From Mangrovibacterium sp. (GTDB taxonomy: Bacteria; Bacteroidota; Bacteroidia; Bacteroidales; Prolixibacteraceae): a DNA stretch of 34,019 nucleotides. The position numbers and the translations under genes were made by a program. The notes beneath the pieces were generated by a model. The model did not search any database, was not told where the DNA came from, and was given only the letters and a program-made list of their open reading frames with translations. This document shows positions 8,923 through 17,850 of the stretch, piece by piece (position 1 is the first letter of the stretch; the number at the start of each line of letters is the position of its first letter). The DNA lies in contig JBFWIL010000001.1 in the NCBI GenBank assembly GCA_050256015.1, positions 1 through 34,019 on the forward strand, written 5' to 3'.

Positions 8923-11814
8923 ATGCGTTCCCTGTTGCTTTTGGTTTTTTTTCTGTTGCTGCAAAATCTTCCTGTTTCCGCGCAGTATTTTACTACCGGA
9001 GAAGATCCCGCCCGTATTCGCTGGAATCAGCTGGAAACAAGCAATTTTCAGCTTATTTTTCCCCGGGGGTATGAACACCGGGCCGTTATGCTGGCAGGCA
9101 AACTGGAGCAGGTATACGCCTGCGCCCGGCACAGTTTGTCATATTCTCCCAAAAAGATTCCGATTATCCTGCATACCCATACGGCTGCCTCGAACGGACT
9201 GGTAGCCTGGGCTCCGAGACGGGCAGAATTTTATACCACACCCCATCAGCAGATCTATGCGCAGGACTGGTTGGAACAGCTGGTTGTTCATGAGTTCAGG
9301 CATGTTGTTCAGCTTTCCGCTGTAGAAACGGAACTTCCGGCTGTCTTCAGGTGGCTGCTGGGAGAGCAGGCTGCGGCTCTGGTCGTGGGTGCATACCTTC
9401 CCTTTTGGCTTCTGGAAGGGGATGCGGTAATGACAGAAACAGTTTTGGGCCGGGCCGGAAGAGGACGCCAGCCTTCTTTTTTAATGGAGCACAAAGCCCA
9501 GTTGCTGGAGAAGGGAATTTATTCGTACGATAAAGCTTCTTTGGGATCCTACCGGAACTATGTTCCCAACATATACCGTTTCGGATACCTGTTTGCCGGA
9601 GAGCTTCGCAGACAGTACGGACCGAAAATCTGGTCGGATGTGTTTAAAGAAACAGGCAGCCGGCCTCTTTCGCTCAATCCGCTGAACCGCATACTACGGC
9701 GATACACCGGTTATAACAAGAAACAGCTTTATGAACAAATTTTTCGTCAATATGCACGGGAATGGCAGGCGGATTTTGATACGCTGCAATTAAGTCAGCA
9801 TCATCCTGCCGGTCCGTCCCGGTCGGGTTATACAAATTACCGCTGCATCACGGCCCTGAACGATTCCTGTTTTGTTGCCCTTAAGGAAAGTCGCATGGAT
9901 ATTGACCGGATTGTTATGATACAGCAAGGAAAAGAGCGGATTATCCATACCCCCGGACAGCTTGCAGCAGAGTCTCTTTCTGTTACGGACAGCCTGGTTA
10001 TCTGGTCCGAGTTACGGTCCGATATCCGCTGGGCTCATGCCAGACGTACGGTAATTGTGCTGCTGGATTTGCAAAACGGAGCTGTCCGTGAGCTATACCC
10101 GGAGAATCTGCTGTTCAGTCCGGTTATTGCACCCGGTCATAAGATTTTTGCTGCGGTGGAAAAAGATACGCTGGACCATTACCGGCTTGGTTTGTATGAT
10201 CTGCGATCAGGCGTCTGCAAAGCCCGCTATGCCAGTCCGGAAAAAGATTATTTTCTGACCCCCGACTGGGATGACGATTCCCGGATGCTTTGTTTCGTAG
10301 GTCTGTGCAAAACAGGTAAATACCTGGGGTTGCTGGATACGGAAACAGGGGTATTCAGCAAACGCTGCCAACCTGGCTACCACGATATCCGGAATCCGGA
10401 ATTTGTATCCGGAAAGATTTTTTATACTTCGGCATATACCGGAACAGACAACATCTATTGTTTTCAGCCGGGAGACAGTCTGCCTGTTCAGCTCAGTTCG
10501 GTACGCTACGGGGCCGATTACCCTTCCATAAAAGGGAAGAAGCTTTTTTTCAGTGATTATTCGTCGGATGGATATGGCGTTTCCGTTCTGGAGCTGCCGG
10601 ATATTCTGCCTGTTCCCAAAGCGCAGCCTGAACCTGCACGGTACGGGTTGGCCGAAGCCCTCGCTGCCCAGGAAAAAGAGAAAACCGATTTTAGTGAATG
10701 TTCCGACTCCTGCCGGACGATAAAACCTTACGGTAAGCTGTCTCATTTGTTTCAGCTGCACAGTTGGGCCCCTCTGTATCTGGATGCAAACGACTATGAA
10801 TTGCGGCCGGGTTTTTCTCTGCTCTCACAAAACACGCTTGGTACAGCCCTGGCTGTTGCCGGTTACCGTTATGATCCTTCCGAAAACAGCGGAAAGATTG
10901 AAGGGGAGTTGGAATACAGCGGTCTTTTCCCGGTTATCCGGGGTAAACTGAGTTACGGAAACCGGAAATCGGTTTATCGGCAGATCAGGAAAACAACGGA
11001 TGAAAAGGGAACGGTGATATGTACGGATACCCTGTTACAGCGTTTTGGATGGAAGGAATTTGAATGGGAAATGAATGTCCGTGTTCCTTTGAATTTCAGC
11101 AGGGGAAAATACAACAGGCTTTTGCAACCTGAAGTGGAATATGCCTACGAACGAATTAGCCATGAACGGAGTACGCCCGGGCAATTTGTAAAAGGGGCTT
11201 ACCATGCACTGAGTTACAGGCTTTACCTGCAGAATAAAATCCGGATGGCCGAGCTGGATCTGATTCCGGCATGGGGACAAAGTCTGGAACTGCAGTTCCG
11301 TCACAGTCCGGCCGGTGCTGTGACGGTCGGAAGTCTGAAGTCTGCGGAAACCGGTCTCTGTTTTCCCGGTCTGATAAAAAATCACGGGATCCGTCTTTAC
11401 GGAGGCTGGCAGAAAAAGGAAAACACGTCCGGTTTGAATTTTCAGGATGCCGTTCGTTTTCCCCGGGGATACAGCCGCATGCAAAACAATAAATTGATCT
11501 CGGCCGGAGCCGATTATCTGTTTCCGCTCTGTTATCCTGATCTGAGTCTGGGATCCCTGTTTTTTCTGAAACGGCTGCGAGTAGCTTTGTTTTATGATTA
11601 TGCCCGGGTAAAATCAGCTCTTTATGATGAAGAAGGCGTATGCATCGGGAATATGACAAGCCGTCTGAATTCCCTGGGAGCTGAACTGAGGGCAGACGGA
11701 CACCTGCTTAGGCTTGTGGCTCCCGTATCGGCAGGTTTACGCGGAATCTACCGTCCCTATTTCGGGGACTTTCGTTTTGAGTTGATGGTTTCAGCGAGTT
11801 TTGGTGTTTTCTGA
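8923..11814 (+). CDS. large secreted / outer-membrane protein: N-terminal HExxH metallopeptidase-like domain, central TolB/PD40-like beta-propeller-like region, C-terminal beta-barrel-like region
   Basis: 963 aa. Signal peptide MRSLLLLVFFLLLQNLPVSAQ|Y. HEFRH motif followed by LLEGDAV. The central region has repetitive beta-strand patterns. The C-terminal ~330 aa show alternating hydrophobic strands and end in an aromatic residue (SASFGVF), as in OM barrels. Domain calls are inference. Confidence 0.8.
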   Translation: MRSLLLLVFFLLLQNLPVSAQYFTTGEDPARIRWNQLETSNFQLIFPRGYEHRAVMLAGKLEQVYACARHSLSYSPKKIPIILHTHTAASNGLVAWAPRRAEFYTTPHQQIYAQDWLEQLVVHEFRHVVQLSAVETELPAVFRWLLGEQAAALVVGAYLPFWLLEGDAVMTETVLGRAGRGRQPSFLMEHKAQLLEKGIYSYDKASLGSYRNYVPNIYRFGYLFAGELRRQYGPKIWSDVFKETGSRPLSLNPLNRILRRYTGYNKKQLYEQIFRQYAREWQADFDTLQLSQHHPAGPSRSGYTNYRCITALNDSCFVALKESRMDIDRIVMIQQGKERIIHTPGQLAAESLSVTDSLVIWSELRSDIRWAHARRTVIVLLDLQNGAVRELYPENLLFSPVIAPGHKIFAAVEKDTLDHYRLGLYDLRSGVCKARYASPEKDYFLTPDWDDDSRMLCFVGLCKTGKYLGLLDTETGVFSKRCQPGYHDIRNPEFVSGKIFYTSAYTGTDNIYCFQPGDSLPVQLSSVRYGADYPSIKGKKLFFSDYSSDGYGVSVLELPDILPVPKAQPEPARYGLAEALAAQEKEKTDFSECSDSCRTIKPYGKLSHLFQLHSWAPLYLDANDYELRPGFSLLSQNTLGTALAVAGYRYDPSENSGKIEGELEYSGLFPVIRGKLSYGNRKSVYRQIRKTTDEKGTVICTDTLLQRFGWKEFEWEMNVRVPLNFSRGKYNRLLQPEVEYAYERISHERSTPGQFVKGAYHALSYRLYLQNKIRMAELDLIPAWGQSLELQFRHSPAGAVTVGSLKSAETGLCFPGLIKNHGIRLYGGWQKKENTSGLNFQDAVRFPRGYSRMQNNKLISAGADYLFPLCYPDLSLGSLFFLKRLRVALFYDYARVKSALYDEEGVCIGNMTSRLNSLGAELRADGHLLRLVAPVSAGLRGIYRPYFGDFRFELMVSASFGVF

Positions 11815-13008
11815 CGCATGCAGATCGAACACGGTAATTTCCGGAGCCATATCGATACGTGCCGGGAGTCCGACACAACCAAAGCCCCGGTTCACATAAA
11901 GGAATTGTCCGTTTTTTTTGTACAGTCCCCCCCATTCCGGGCTCTTCAATCTGATCGGACTAAAACTCAGTCCGGCCAGGCGCACGGCAAACTGTCCACC
12001 GTGAGTATGCCCTGAAAGTGTCAGCTGAATGGTTGTTTGCCCTATAACCTGTGCGTTCCAGTGTGCCGGATCATGAGTCATCAGGATTTGGAAAGCATGC
12101 TCCGGCACATTCGAAAGGGCCTTATCCAGACGGGCATACTGGGGGAAAGGAGGGTGTCCCCAGTTTTCCACGCCGGTCAGATAGATTGCTGTATCGCACA
12201 TACTGATACGGGTAGTCTGGTTCAGCAGGAGTGTAAAACCGCTATCCCTGATTTTTTTCTTAATCAGCTCCCTGTTATTTTGTTTTTGAACTGCTGTTGG
12301 CCAGTCCGAATAATCACCGTAATCATGATTTCCAAGGATAGCGTATTTGCCGGAAGATGCAGATAAAGCAAGCAGTTCTTCTTCAAATCCTACGGCCTCC
12401 CTGGAAAAATTATTGACCAGATCACCGGTAAAAAGAATCAAGTCGGCATTTACCCGGTTAATTTGCCTGACCATGCGCCTAAGAAGCCGGTCATTTTGAA
12501 AACTGCCCAACTGAAGATCGGAAAGCTGAACGAATTTTAATCCCTCAAGCTGTGAGGGCAGGCCGGAAACATTCAGGGATATTTCCCTGATTTGAATCCT
12601 GTTTTTTCCGATAACATAACCGGCTCCCAGACATAGAATCACGCCAAAGGACAGTATCAATCCGCCCAGCACAATTCTGTGGGCCAGAGTCTTATCCCTT
12701 TTTAGACGAAAAGGGGAAGCCAGGAGAACAAAAACCGATAATACAAGTTTGGGAACCAAATTCAGGGTACTGATAAAAATGACAAAATAAAAGAAGCCGT
12801 AATCACCGGTCTCCCGTATGGTATCGGGATTTCCAAAGGCATACAGAAAGAACCCGAGAAAGAACAGGCTAAAGAGCAGATAAAGTCCGCTGATCCTTTT
12901 TTTCCACAGACGATCATACAAAAGTTGGGTAATTCCCAGGTACCCCAATACTTCAACAAGCAGTGTAAAAAGAAATACCAATACAAAACCGGAAGAAATT
13001 CCACGCAT
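11791..13008 (-). CDS. membrane-anchored metallophosphoesterase (calcineurin-like, YkuE-type)
   Basis: 405 aa with N-terminal TM helices. Phosphoesterase motifs are SDLQLG, GDLVNN, GNHD and GHTHGGQ. The 3' end overlaps the convergent 963-aa gene by 24 nt. Confidence 0.85.
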   Translation of the reverse strand: MRGISSGFVLVFLFTLLVEVLGYLGITQLLYDRLWKKRISGLYLLFSLFFLGFFLYAFGNPDTIRETGDYGFFYFVIFISTLNLVPKLVLSVFVLLASPFRLKRDKTLAHRIVLGGLILSFGVILCLGAGYVIGKNRIQIREISLNVSGLPSQLEGLKFVQLSDLQLGSFQNDRLLRRMVRQINRVNADLILFTGDLVNNFSREAVGFEEELLALSASSGKYAILGNHDYGDYSDWPTAVQKQNNRELIKKKIRDSGFTLLLNQTTRISMCDTAIYLTGVENWGHPPFPQYARLDKALSNVPEHAFQILMTHDPAHWNAQVIGQTTIQLTLSGHTHGGQFAVRLAGLSFSPIRLKSPEWGGLYKKNGQFLYVNRGFGCVGLPARIDMAPEITVFDLHASENTKTR

Positions 13009-13343
13009 GATTCAGATAAATTAACCCGCTGTGAAGATAAGCACTAAAAACGAATCCGGAAAACAGGGGAAGTCAGTCTGGAGCCGGATGGGATAGTTTT
13101 AAATTCACTTTTGTTATTTCGTGGCAAAATATGGCTTTTACTTTTGTAAATCAAGGAAAAATAAAACCAGACCTCCCGTTTCTGCATGTAATTAATTTTT
13201 GTAAACTTGTAAAAACAAATTAAGGGACTGAGGTAGTATCTAGTTAAAGCACTGTTTATTAATTATTTATTAGACTTTATCTGTACTATTGGTTCAATAT
13301 CTTTTTTATGTATTCCCGAAAAGAAGGAAAAACGAAACGAAAT

Positions 13344-13387
13344 ATTTAACTTATTAACTTGTTAATCAGTATTTTATTTAACTTATT
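13344..13387. repeat. perfect 12-bp direct repeat ATTTAACTTATT (13344-13355 and 13376-13387) flanking a TTAAC-TT-GTTAA inverted repeat
   Basis: Read directly from the sequence inside the AT-rich gap. A tandem AGCTGTT x2 lies nearby at 13402-13416. Confidence 0.6.
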
Positions 13388-13478
13388 TAAAGTAGTAGTA
13401 CAGCTGTTTAGCTGTTGTGTTTTTAGGTAAACCTCCATGGCGAGTTATTTTTGTGAATTTATGTATTTACATATGTAC

Positions 13479-13509
13479 TTTGCCGGACTTGCTTATTTTT
13501 GTATCTTTG
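13479..13509 (+). promoter_or_regulatory. candidate Bacteroidota sigma-AB promoter (TTTG -33 / TAtcTTTG -7)
   Basis: TTTG at 13479-13482 and TATCTTTG at 13502-13509, 19 nt apart, ~60 nt upstream of the ATG at 13573. This matches the published Bacteroides consensus TTTG-N19-21-TAnnTTTG. Confidence 0.4.
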
Positions 13510-13572
13510 TTTTGTATCGGATTAACATTAATAAACTATCATTCCGCTCCGGAAAATTAAGGAACAAGCCAT

Positions 13573-14076
13573 ATGAACAACCGGATCAAGCGTTTTATGG
13601 AGTATTGCGGACTAAGTCCTTCCGAAATGGCAGACGCCATCTCTGTTCAGCGTTCCAACATGACTCATGTGCTGCACGGCAGAAACAAACCCGGATTTCA
13701 GTTTATAACCAAAATGCTGGAAACATTTCCCGAGTTGAATGCCAAATGGCTGCTGACCGGAGAAGGAGAGATGCTGGTAGCCGCTATTCCCAAGGCAACA
13801 AGGCAGAGCAGCATGTTTGAGCAAATCCGGGAGAAGACACCTGCTTCCGAAGTGAAAAACCTGACGGAAAAAGCAAAAAAACCTGTGCAAACCGGAGATC
13901 GTCCGGGGTATTCGCCAGCCGGACAGCATGCGGATCCGAAGACGGACCAGACTGATACGGTTCAAAAAGACCGGGAGAGGGGACTGATGATACCGGTTGA
14001 ATACAGTAAAAAGGTGAAATCCATTGTCGTGTTTTATACAGATCAAACTTTCATTCAATATCTTCCTTCCGAATAA
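13573..14076 (+). CDS. XRE-family helix-turn-helix transcriptional regulator
   Basis: 167 aa. N-terminal HTH GLSPSEMADAISVQRSNMTHVLHGRNKPGFQFITKM and the KWLLTGEGEM motif are typical of Bacteroidota XRE-like proteins. A low-complexity linker precedes a short conserved-looking C-terminus. Confidence 0.75.
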   Translation: MNNRIKRFMEYCGLSPSEMADAISVQRSNMTHVLHGRNKPGFQFITKMLETFPELNAKWLLTGEGEMLVAAIPKATRQSSMFEQIREKTPASEVKNLTEKAKKPVQTGDRPGYSPAGQHADPKTDQTDTVQKDRERGLMIPVEYSKKVKSIVVFYTDQTFIQYLPSE

Positions 14077-14085
14077 TATTTCTCC

Positions 14086-14093
14086 TATCTTTG
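14086..14093 (+). promoter_or_regulatory. candidate -7 box TATCTTTG upstream of pyrK
   Basis: Matches TAnnTTTG and lies 38 nt upstream of the ATG at 14132. No clear -33 TTTG. Confidence 0.3.
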
Positions 14094-14131
14094 CAAAAAA
14101 TCGGGGCTGTTTGGGAAATTTACATAGAAGA

Positions 14132-14911
14132 ATGAAAAAGACTGTAAAGGAACTTTTGCTTATTGAGAACACCCAGTTAAACAAGGACAATTTCCGGCTG
14201 GTGCTGCAGTCAGATGAAGTACTGCCGCCCATGGATCCTGGACAATTTATAAACCTGGAGATCAGAAAATCTAATGAGATCTTTTTGCGAAGACCGTTTT
14301 CCGTTCTGGATTCGGATCCGGAACGCAGGACGTTTTCCATTCTGGTAAAAATCCTGGGCCGGGGATCTAAGGCATTGACCACCTGTAGTCCCGGAGAATT
14401 TATCAGTACCGTATTTCCGCTGGGCCGGAGCTTTACTCCTCCGCGATCCGGAGAACGGATTTTGCTTGTCGGCGGGGGCAGCGGAGTGGCTCCCATGTTG
14501 TTCCTGGCCAGGAGGAGCAGGTTGTCCCGGGAGCAGGTTAACGTATTGCTTGGGGCCAGGAGCAGGGAAGATCATATTGATACCCGGCAATATGAATCCT
14601 GCGGAATGCTTTACCGAACCACGGAAGACGGTAGTTTGGGAGAAAAGGGTTATGTAACGGATCATTTTATTTACAAAAACGGTCTGGGAGCCTTTGACCG
14701 GGTTTATGCCTGTGGTCCGAATCCGATGATGAAAGCCGTTGCACGGGATGCCCGGGCTGCAGGGGTGTTTTGTGAAGTTTCTTTGGAAAATATGATGGCT
14801 TGTGGCTTTGGTGTATGCCTGTGTTGTGTGGAAAAGACCACAAGCGGAAACCGGTGTGTGTGCACAGAAGGTCCCGTATTTAATGTGAATGAATTGACAT
14901 GGCAGATTTAA
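14132..14911 (+). CDS. pyrK: dihydroorotate dehydrogenase (class 1B) electron-transfer subunit
   Basis: FAD/NAD-binding ferredoxin-reductase-like fold ([13 protein letters not shown]) and a C-terminal 2Fe-2S motif CGFGVCLCC...CVC. I chose the start MKKTVKE (14132), because the track ORF start at 14024 overlaps the upstream gene. Confidence 0.9.
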   Translation: MKKTVKELLLIENTQLNKDNFRLVLQSDEVLPPMDPGQFINLEIRKSNEIFLRRPFSVLDSDPERRTFSILVKILGRGSKALTTCSPGEFISTVFPLGRSFTPPRSGERILLVGGGSGVAPMLFLARRSRLSREQVNVLLGARSREDHIDTRQYESCGMLYRTTEDGSLGEKGYVTDHFIYKNGLGAFDRVYACGPNPMMKAVARDARAAGVFCEVSLENMMACGFGVCLCCVEKTTSGNRCVCTEGPVFNVNELTWQI

Positions 14912-15810
14912 GCGTTAACATAAGTAAATTATTTCTGAAAAATCCGGTCATGACTGCTTCCGGCACCTGCGGATTTGGGAGCGAAATTACTGATTTCGTG
15001 GATTTGGAAAGTTTGGGAGGAGTGGTAATGAAAGGAACTACGCTGCATCCCAGGGAAGGAAATGATTATCCCCGGATGGCGGAAACTGCTTCCGGGATGT
15101 TGAATGCCGTAGGACTCCAAAACAAAGGCGTGGATTATTTTATCCGGAATATTTACCCGGACATACGCGATATTCGGACCAACTTTATTGTGAATGTAAA
15201 CGGATCCTCGTCCGAGGAATACGTAAAGCTTACGGAACGGATCAGCGAACTGGAAAAAATTCCGGCTATCGAGTTGAATATTAGTTGTCCTAATGTAAAA
15301 GAAGGCGGAATGGCTTTCGGCATCGATGGTGTTTCCGCATCCCGGGTGGTAAAGGCTGTACGCAGGGTCTGGCCCCGGACCCTGATCGTCAAATTATCGC
15401 CCAATGTTACAGATATTGCAGAGATTGCCCTGGCTGTGGAAGCAGAAGGAGCCGACAGTATTTCCCTGGTCAATACGTTTCTGGGTATGGCCATTGATGC
15501 CGGGACCCGGCGTCCCTTGCTGTCGACTGTTACCGGAGGCCTGTCGGGACCGGCCATCAAGCCTATTGCCCTGCGTATGGTCTGGCAGGTAGCCCGGGCT
15601 GTACATATTCCGGTGATCGGGATGGGCGGAATTATGCATGCCGTGGATGCTGTTGAATTTCTGCTTGCCGGAGCAACTGCCATTCAGATTGGAACAGGGC
15701 TTTTTATTGATCCGATGTTACCTGGCAAAGTTGTGCAGGGAATTGACGATTATCTGGAAGCCCATCGGTTTGAAAGCGTAAAGGATATAGTAGGTAATTT
15801 ACAAATGTAA
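14899..15810 (+). CDS. pyrD: dihydroorotate dehydrogenase (class 1B) catalytic subunit
   Basis: 303 aa. Motifs [33 protein letters not shown] and PVIGMGGI. Overlaps pyrK by 13 nt. Confidence 0.95.
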   Translation: MADLSVNISKLFLKNPVMTASGTCGFGSEITDFVDLESLGGVVMKGTTLHPREGNDYPRMAETASGMLNAVGLQNKGVDYFIRNIYPDIRDIRTNFIVNVNGSSSEEYVKLTERISELEKIPAIELNISCPNVKEGGMAFGIDGVSASRVVKAVRRVWPRTLIVKLSPNVTDIAEIALAVEAEGADSISLVNTFLGMAIDAGTRRPLLSTVTGGLSGPAIKPIALRMVWQVARAVHIPVIGMGGIMHAVDAVEFLLAGATAIQIGTGLFIDPMLPGKVVQGIDDYLEAHRFESVKDIVGNLQM

Positions 15811-15831
15811 TCTATAATTTAGATTTGTAAT

Positions 15832-17133
15832 ATGCAATTTCGTCGGGTTTTCTTTTTGCTTCTGGTCCTTGTATTTTCGTTTGGATCCTCCGGTTACCAG
15901 ACCGAACGGGAAACTCCGCCGTATTACCGTTTGGAACTTAGCGGATTGAATAAAAGGATTACCAATGAAGCCGGCAGTTTTCCGGAATACTTAACGGTAA
16001 GCAGACTGATTGAGCGTTTTATGGCAAGATGGGAACTTAAAGGGGTTTCTTTGGCTGTTGTCCGCGATGACCGGCTTGTTTTTGCCCAGGGGTTCGGCAT
16101 TGCCAACGATCAGATGCAAGCGGTTGAACCCGGTCATCTCTTCCGCCTGGCCAGCGTATCCAAGCTGATCACAGCCATCGGAATTATGAAGCTGGTTGAA
16201 GCGGGACGCCTTTCACTTGACGACAGGGTATTCGGTCCTGCCGGGATCCTGAAACATCCGGCTCTGGAGCATGTTACCGATAAAAAGTTATACAATATTA
16301 CCGTTCGCGATTTGCTGGTTCATGCAGGAGGTTGGACCCAACGATATGGCGATCCTGCATTTTTACCCACAGTCATTGCCAAACGGGTTGGCGACAAGCC
16401 TCCGGTCGGCATGGAAAGTTATTATAAGTTCATTGCTTCCAGCCGGCTTCATTTCGCCCCGGGAACCATGGTGTCATATTCCAATATGGGTTATATGTTC
16501 CTGGGTGAAGTTATACGGGAAGTCAGCGGAGAACCCTATGAGTCGTACATTCGTAAGAGCATACTTATTCCCAACGGAATAAGCGACATGCATATAGGGA
16601 GCAGTTACCGCGATTCCTGTTTTTCCAATGAAGTCCAGTATTTCGAGCAGCCCGGCAGTCCGCTTATTCCCGAATGCAACGGATCTGGCCGGCTGGTGAA
16701 AAAGTCGGACGGAGGAAATTCCGTTGAATTGCTGGGAGCTGCCGGAGGATGGGTTGCATCTTCTGTTGAACTGGCCCGGTTGCTGACCCTGATTGACGGA
16801 AAACGGGAAGTGCACGATATCCTGTCCAGACGCTCCATTCTGGAAATGACAGAAGATACATACGGGAAAGGCCCGCTTGGCTGGATGTCGGTTACCGGAA
16901 AGGGAGACTGGATCCGAACAGGCAATATGCCGGGCACTTCGGCCATGGTAAGACGGCAGGCTAACGGCATCAGCTGGGTGTTTTTAACCAACTCAAGCTG
17001 CTGGAAAGGTCCCAAGCTTTCCGGAAATATTGAGAGGCTGATGGACCGGATCATCAGGCGCATTGATCTATGGCCCGAACGGGATCTTTTTCAGTATTAT
17101 CCGATAAGTACCCTGGGAATAGCCGGAAAATAA
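15832..17133 (+). CDS. serine hydrolase, beta-lactamase (class C / PBP4*-like) family, secreted
   Basis: 433 aa with a signal peptide, SxxK motif (ASVSKLITA) and YxN motif (YSNMGY). Confidence 0.85.
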   Translation: MQFRRVFFLLLVLVFSFGSSGYQTERETPPYYRLELSGLNKRITNEAGSFPEYLTVSRLIERFMARWELKGVSLAVVRDDRLVFAQGFGIANDQMQAVEPGHLFRLASVSKLITAIGIMKLVEAGRLSLDDRVFGPAGILKHPALEHVTDKKLYNITVRDLLVHAGGWTQRYGDPAFLPTVIAKRVGDKPPVGMESYYKFIASSRLHFAPGTMVSYSNMGYMFLGEVIREVSGEPYESYIRKSILIPNGISDMHIGSSYRDSCFSNEVQYFEQPGSPLIPECNGSGRLVKKSDGGNSVELLGAAGGWVASSVELARLLTLIDGKREVHDILSRRSILEMTEDTYGKGPLGWMSVTGKGDWIRTGNMPGTSAMVRRQANGISWVFLTNSSCWKGPKLSGNIERLMDRIIRRIDLWPERDLFQYYPISTLGIAGK

Positions 17134-17216
17134 TCCGCTTTAAGCTTTTTTAACTGTTTTTTCCAGGCATTTAGCCGTTAGGATGTCTATCTTTAAGGGG
17201 TTTCAAGGATTGCTAA

Positions 17217-17684
17217 ATGGTACGGTTTATGAAGTTAACGGTTGGAATTATTACATTTTTGCTGTGTTCGTTTGTTCTGCGAGCTCAGGATTCATACGTA
17301 TTTGAAAGTGCTTCCATAGAATTGCCGGAAATTAATCAGTATCAGAAAGAGGTTTACCTAAGTCAGGAATTGTGTTTGAAATTGGCCCAGTTCAATGAAC
17401 TGTACACCCAAAAAATTGACCGGACACGACAAAACACAATGCCCGCCACGGAAATCCTTAAACCCGACCTGTATTATGCCATTTGCAGGCTGAAAGATTA
17501 CTACTGCAAATGTCTGAAAAAGGGTATCCTGGAACAACAGGAGGCGGAAAAACGTTTGCAGTCTGTGCTTGAAAAAAGCATGCAGCTCATTTCACAGGAC
17601 ACCCGTCTGCTGGAAGCCGAACTCAGGCTTTCCAGTAAACCCAAAGATATTGCCGGAATTTTCGAGAAGATTATCATTAAATAG
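17217..17684 (+). CDS. hypothetical small secreted helical protein
   Basis: 155-aa ORF with a signal-peptide-like N-terminus (MKLTVGIITFLLCSFVLRAQ|D; the start may be 17229). I recognise no family. Confidence 0.5.
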   Translation: MVRFMKLTVGIITFLLCSFVLRAQDSYVFESASIELPEINQYQKEVYLSQELCLKLAQFNELYTQKIDRTRQNTMPATEILKPDLYYAICRLKDYYCKCLKKGILEQQEAEKRLQSVLEKSMQLISQDTRLLEAELRLSSKPKDIAGIFEKIIIK

Positions 17685-17792
17685 TCTTTCTTTTTTCCTT
17701 TCCCTGACGTGTTTTAACAATTTTCAATGCTTGGTATTTTTCTTGTTCGAAGTATGAACATTTTGTTACCAGGCTTGTTGATAGTCTTGAAT

Positions 17793-17812
17793 TTCCGGAG
17801 TTTACTCCGGAA
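17793..17812. repeat. perfect 8-bp inverted repeat TTCCGGAG-TTTA-CTCCGGAA, with a third CCGGAA at 17815-17820
   Basis: Read directly from the sequence, ~40 nt upstream of the E2 start codon. No T-tract follows. Confidence 0.6.
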
Positions 17813-17850
17813 TCCCGGAAGTCATGAAATCATTATAAAAGAGGCAAAAC

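Noticed and set aside
11791-11814. 24-nt convergent overlap of the 963-aa gene and the metallophosphoesterase gene, plus a 4-nt convergent overlap at 2198-2201.
   Set aside because: Short 3' overlaps of convergent genes are common in compact genomes. Nothing in the sequence suggests a special function.
13437-13820. 127-aa ORF beginning in the AT-rich gap.
   Set aside because: It overlaps the XRE regulator in another frame. Its N-terminus is simply translated AT-rich DNA (Phe/Tyr/Ile/Leu-rich), and it has no motifs.
14024-14131. Upstream extension of the pyrK ORF (track start 14024).
   Set aside because: It overlaps the 3' end of the XRE gene and contains a promoter-like TATCTTTG box. PyrK-like sequence starts at MKKTVKE (14132).
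15820-15827. TAGATTTG box 4 nt upstream of the serine-hydrolase ATG, considered as a promoter.
   Set aside because: It would imply an essentially leaderless transcript, there is no -33 element, and the gene may simply be co-transcribed with pyrD. The evidence is insufficient for a call.
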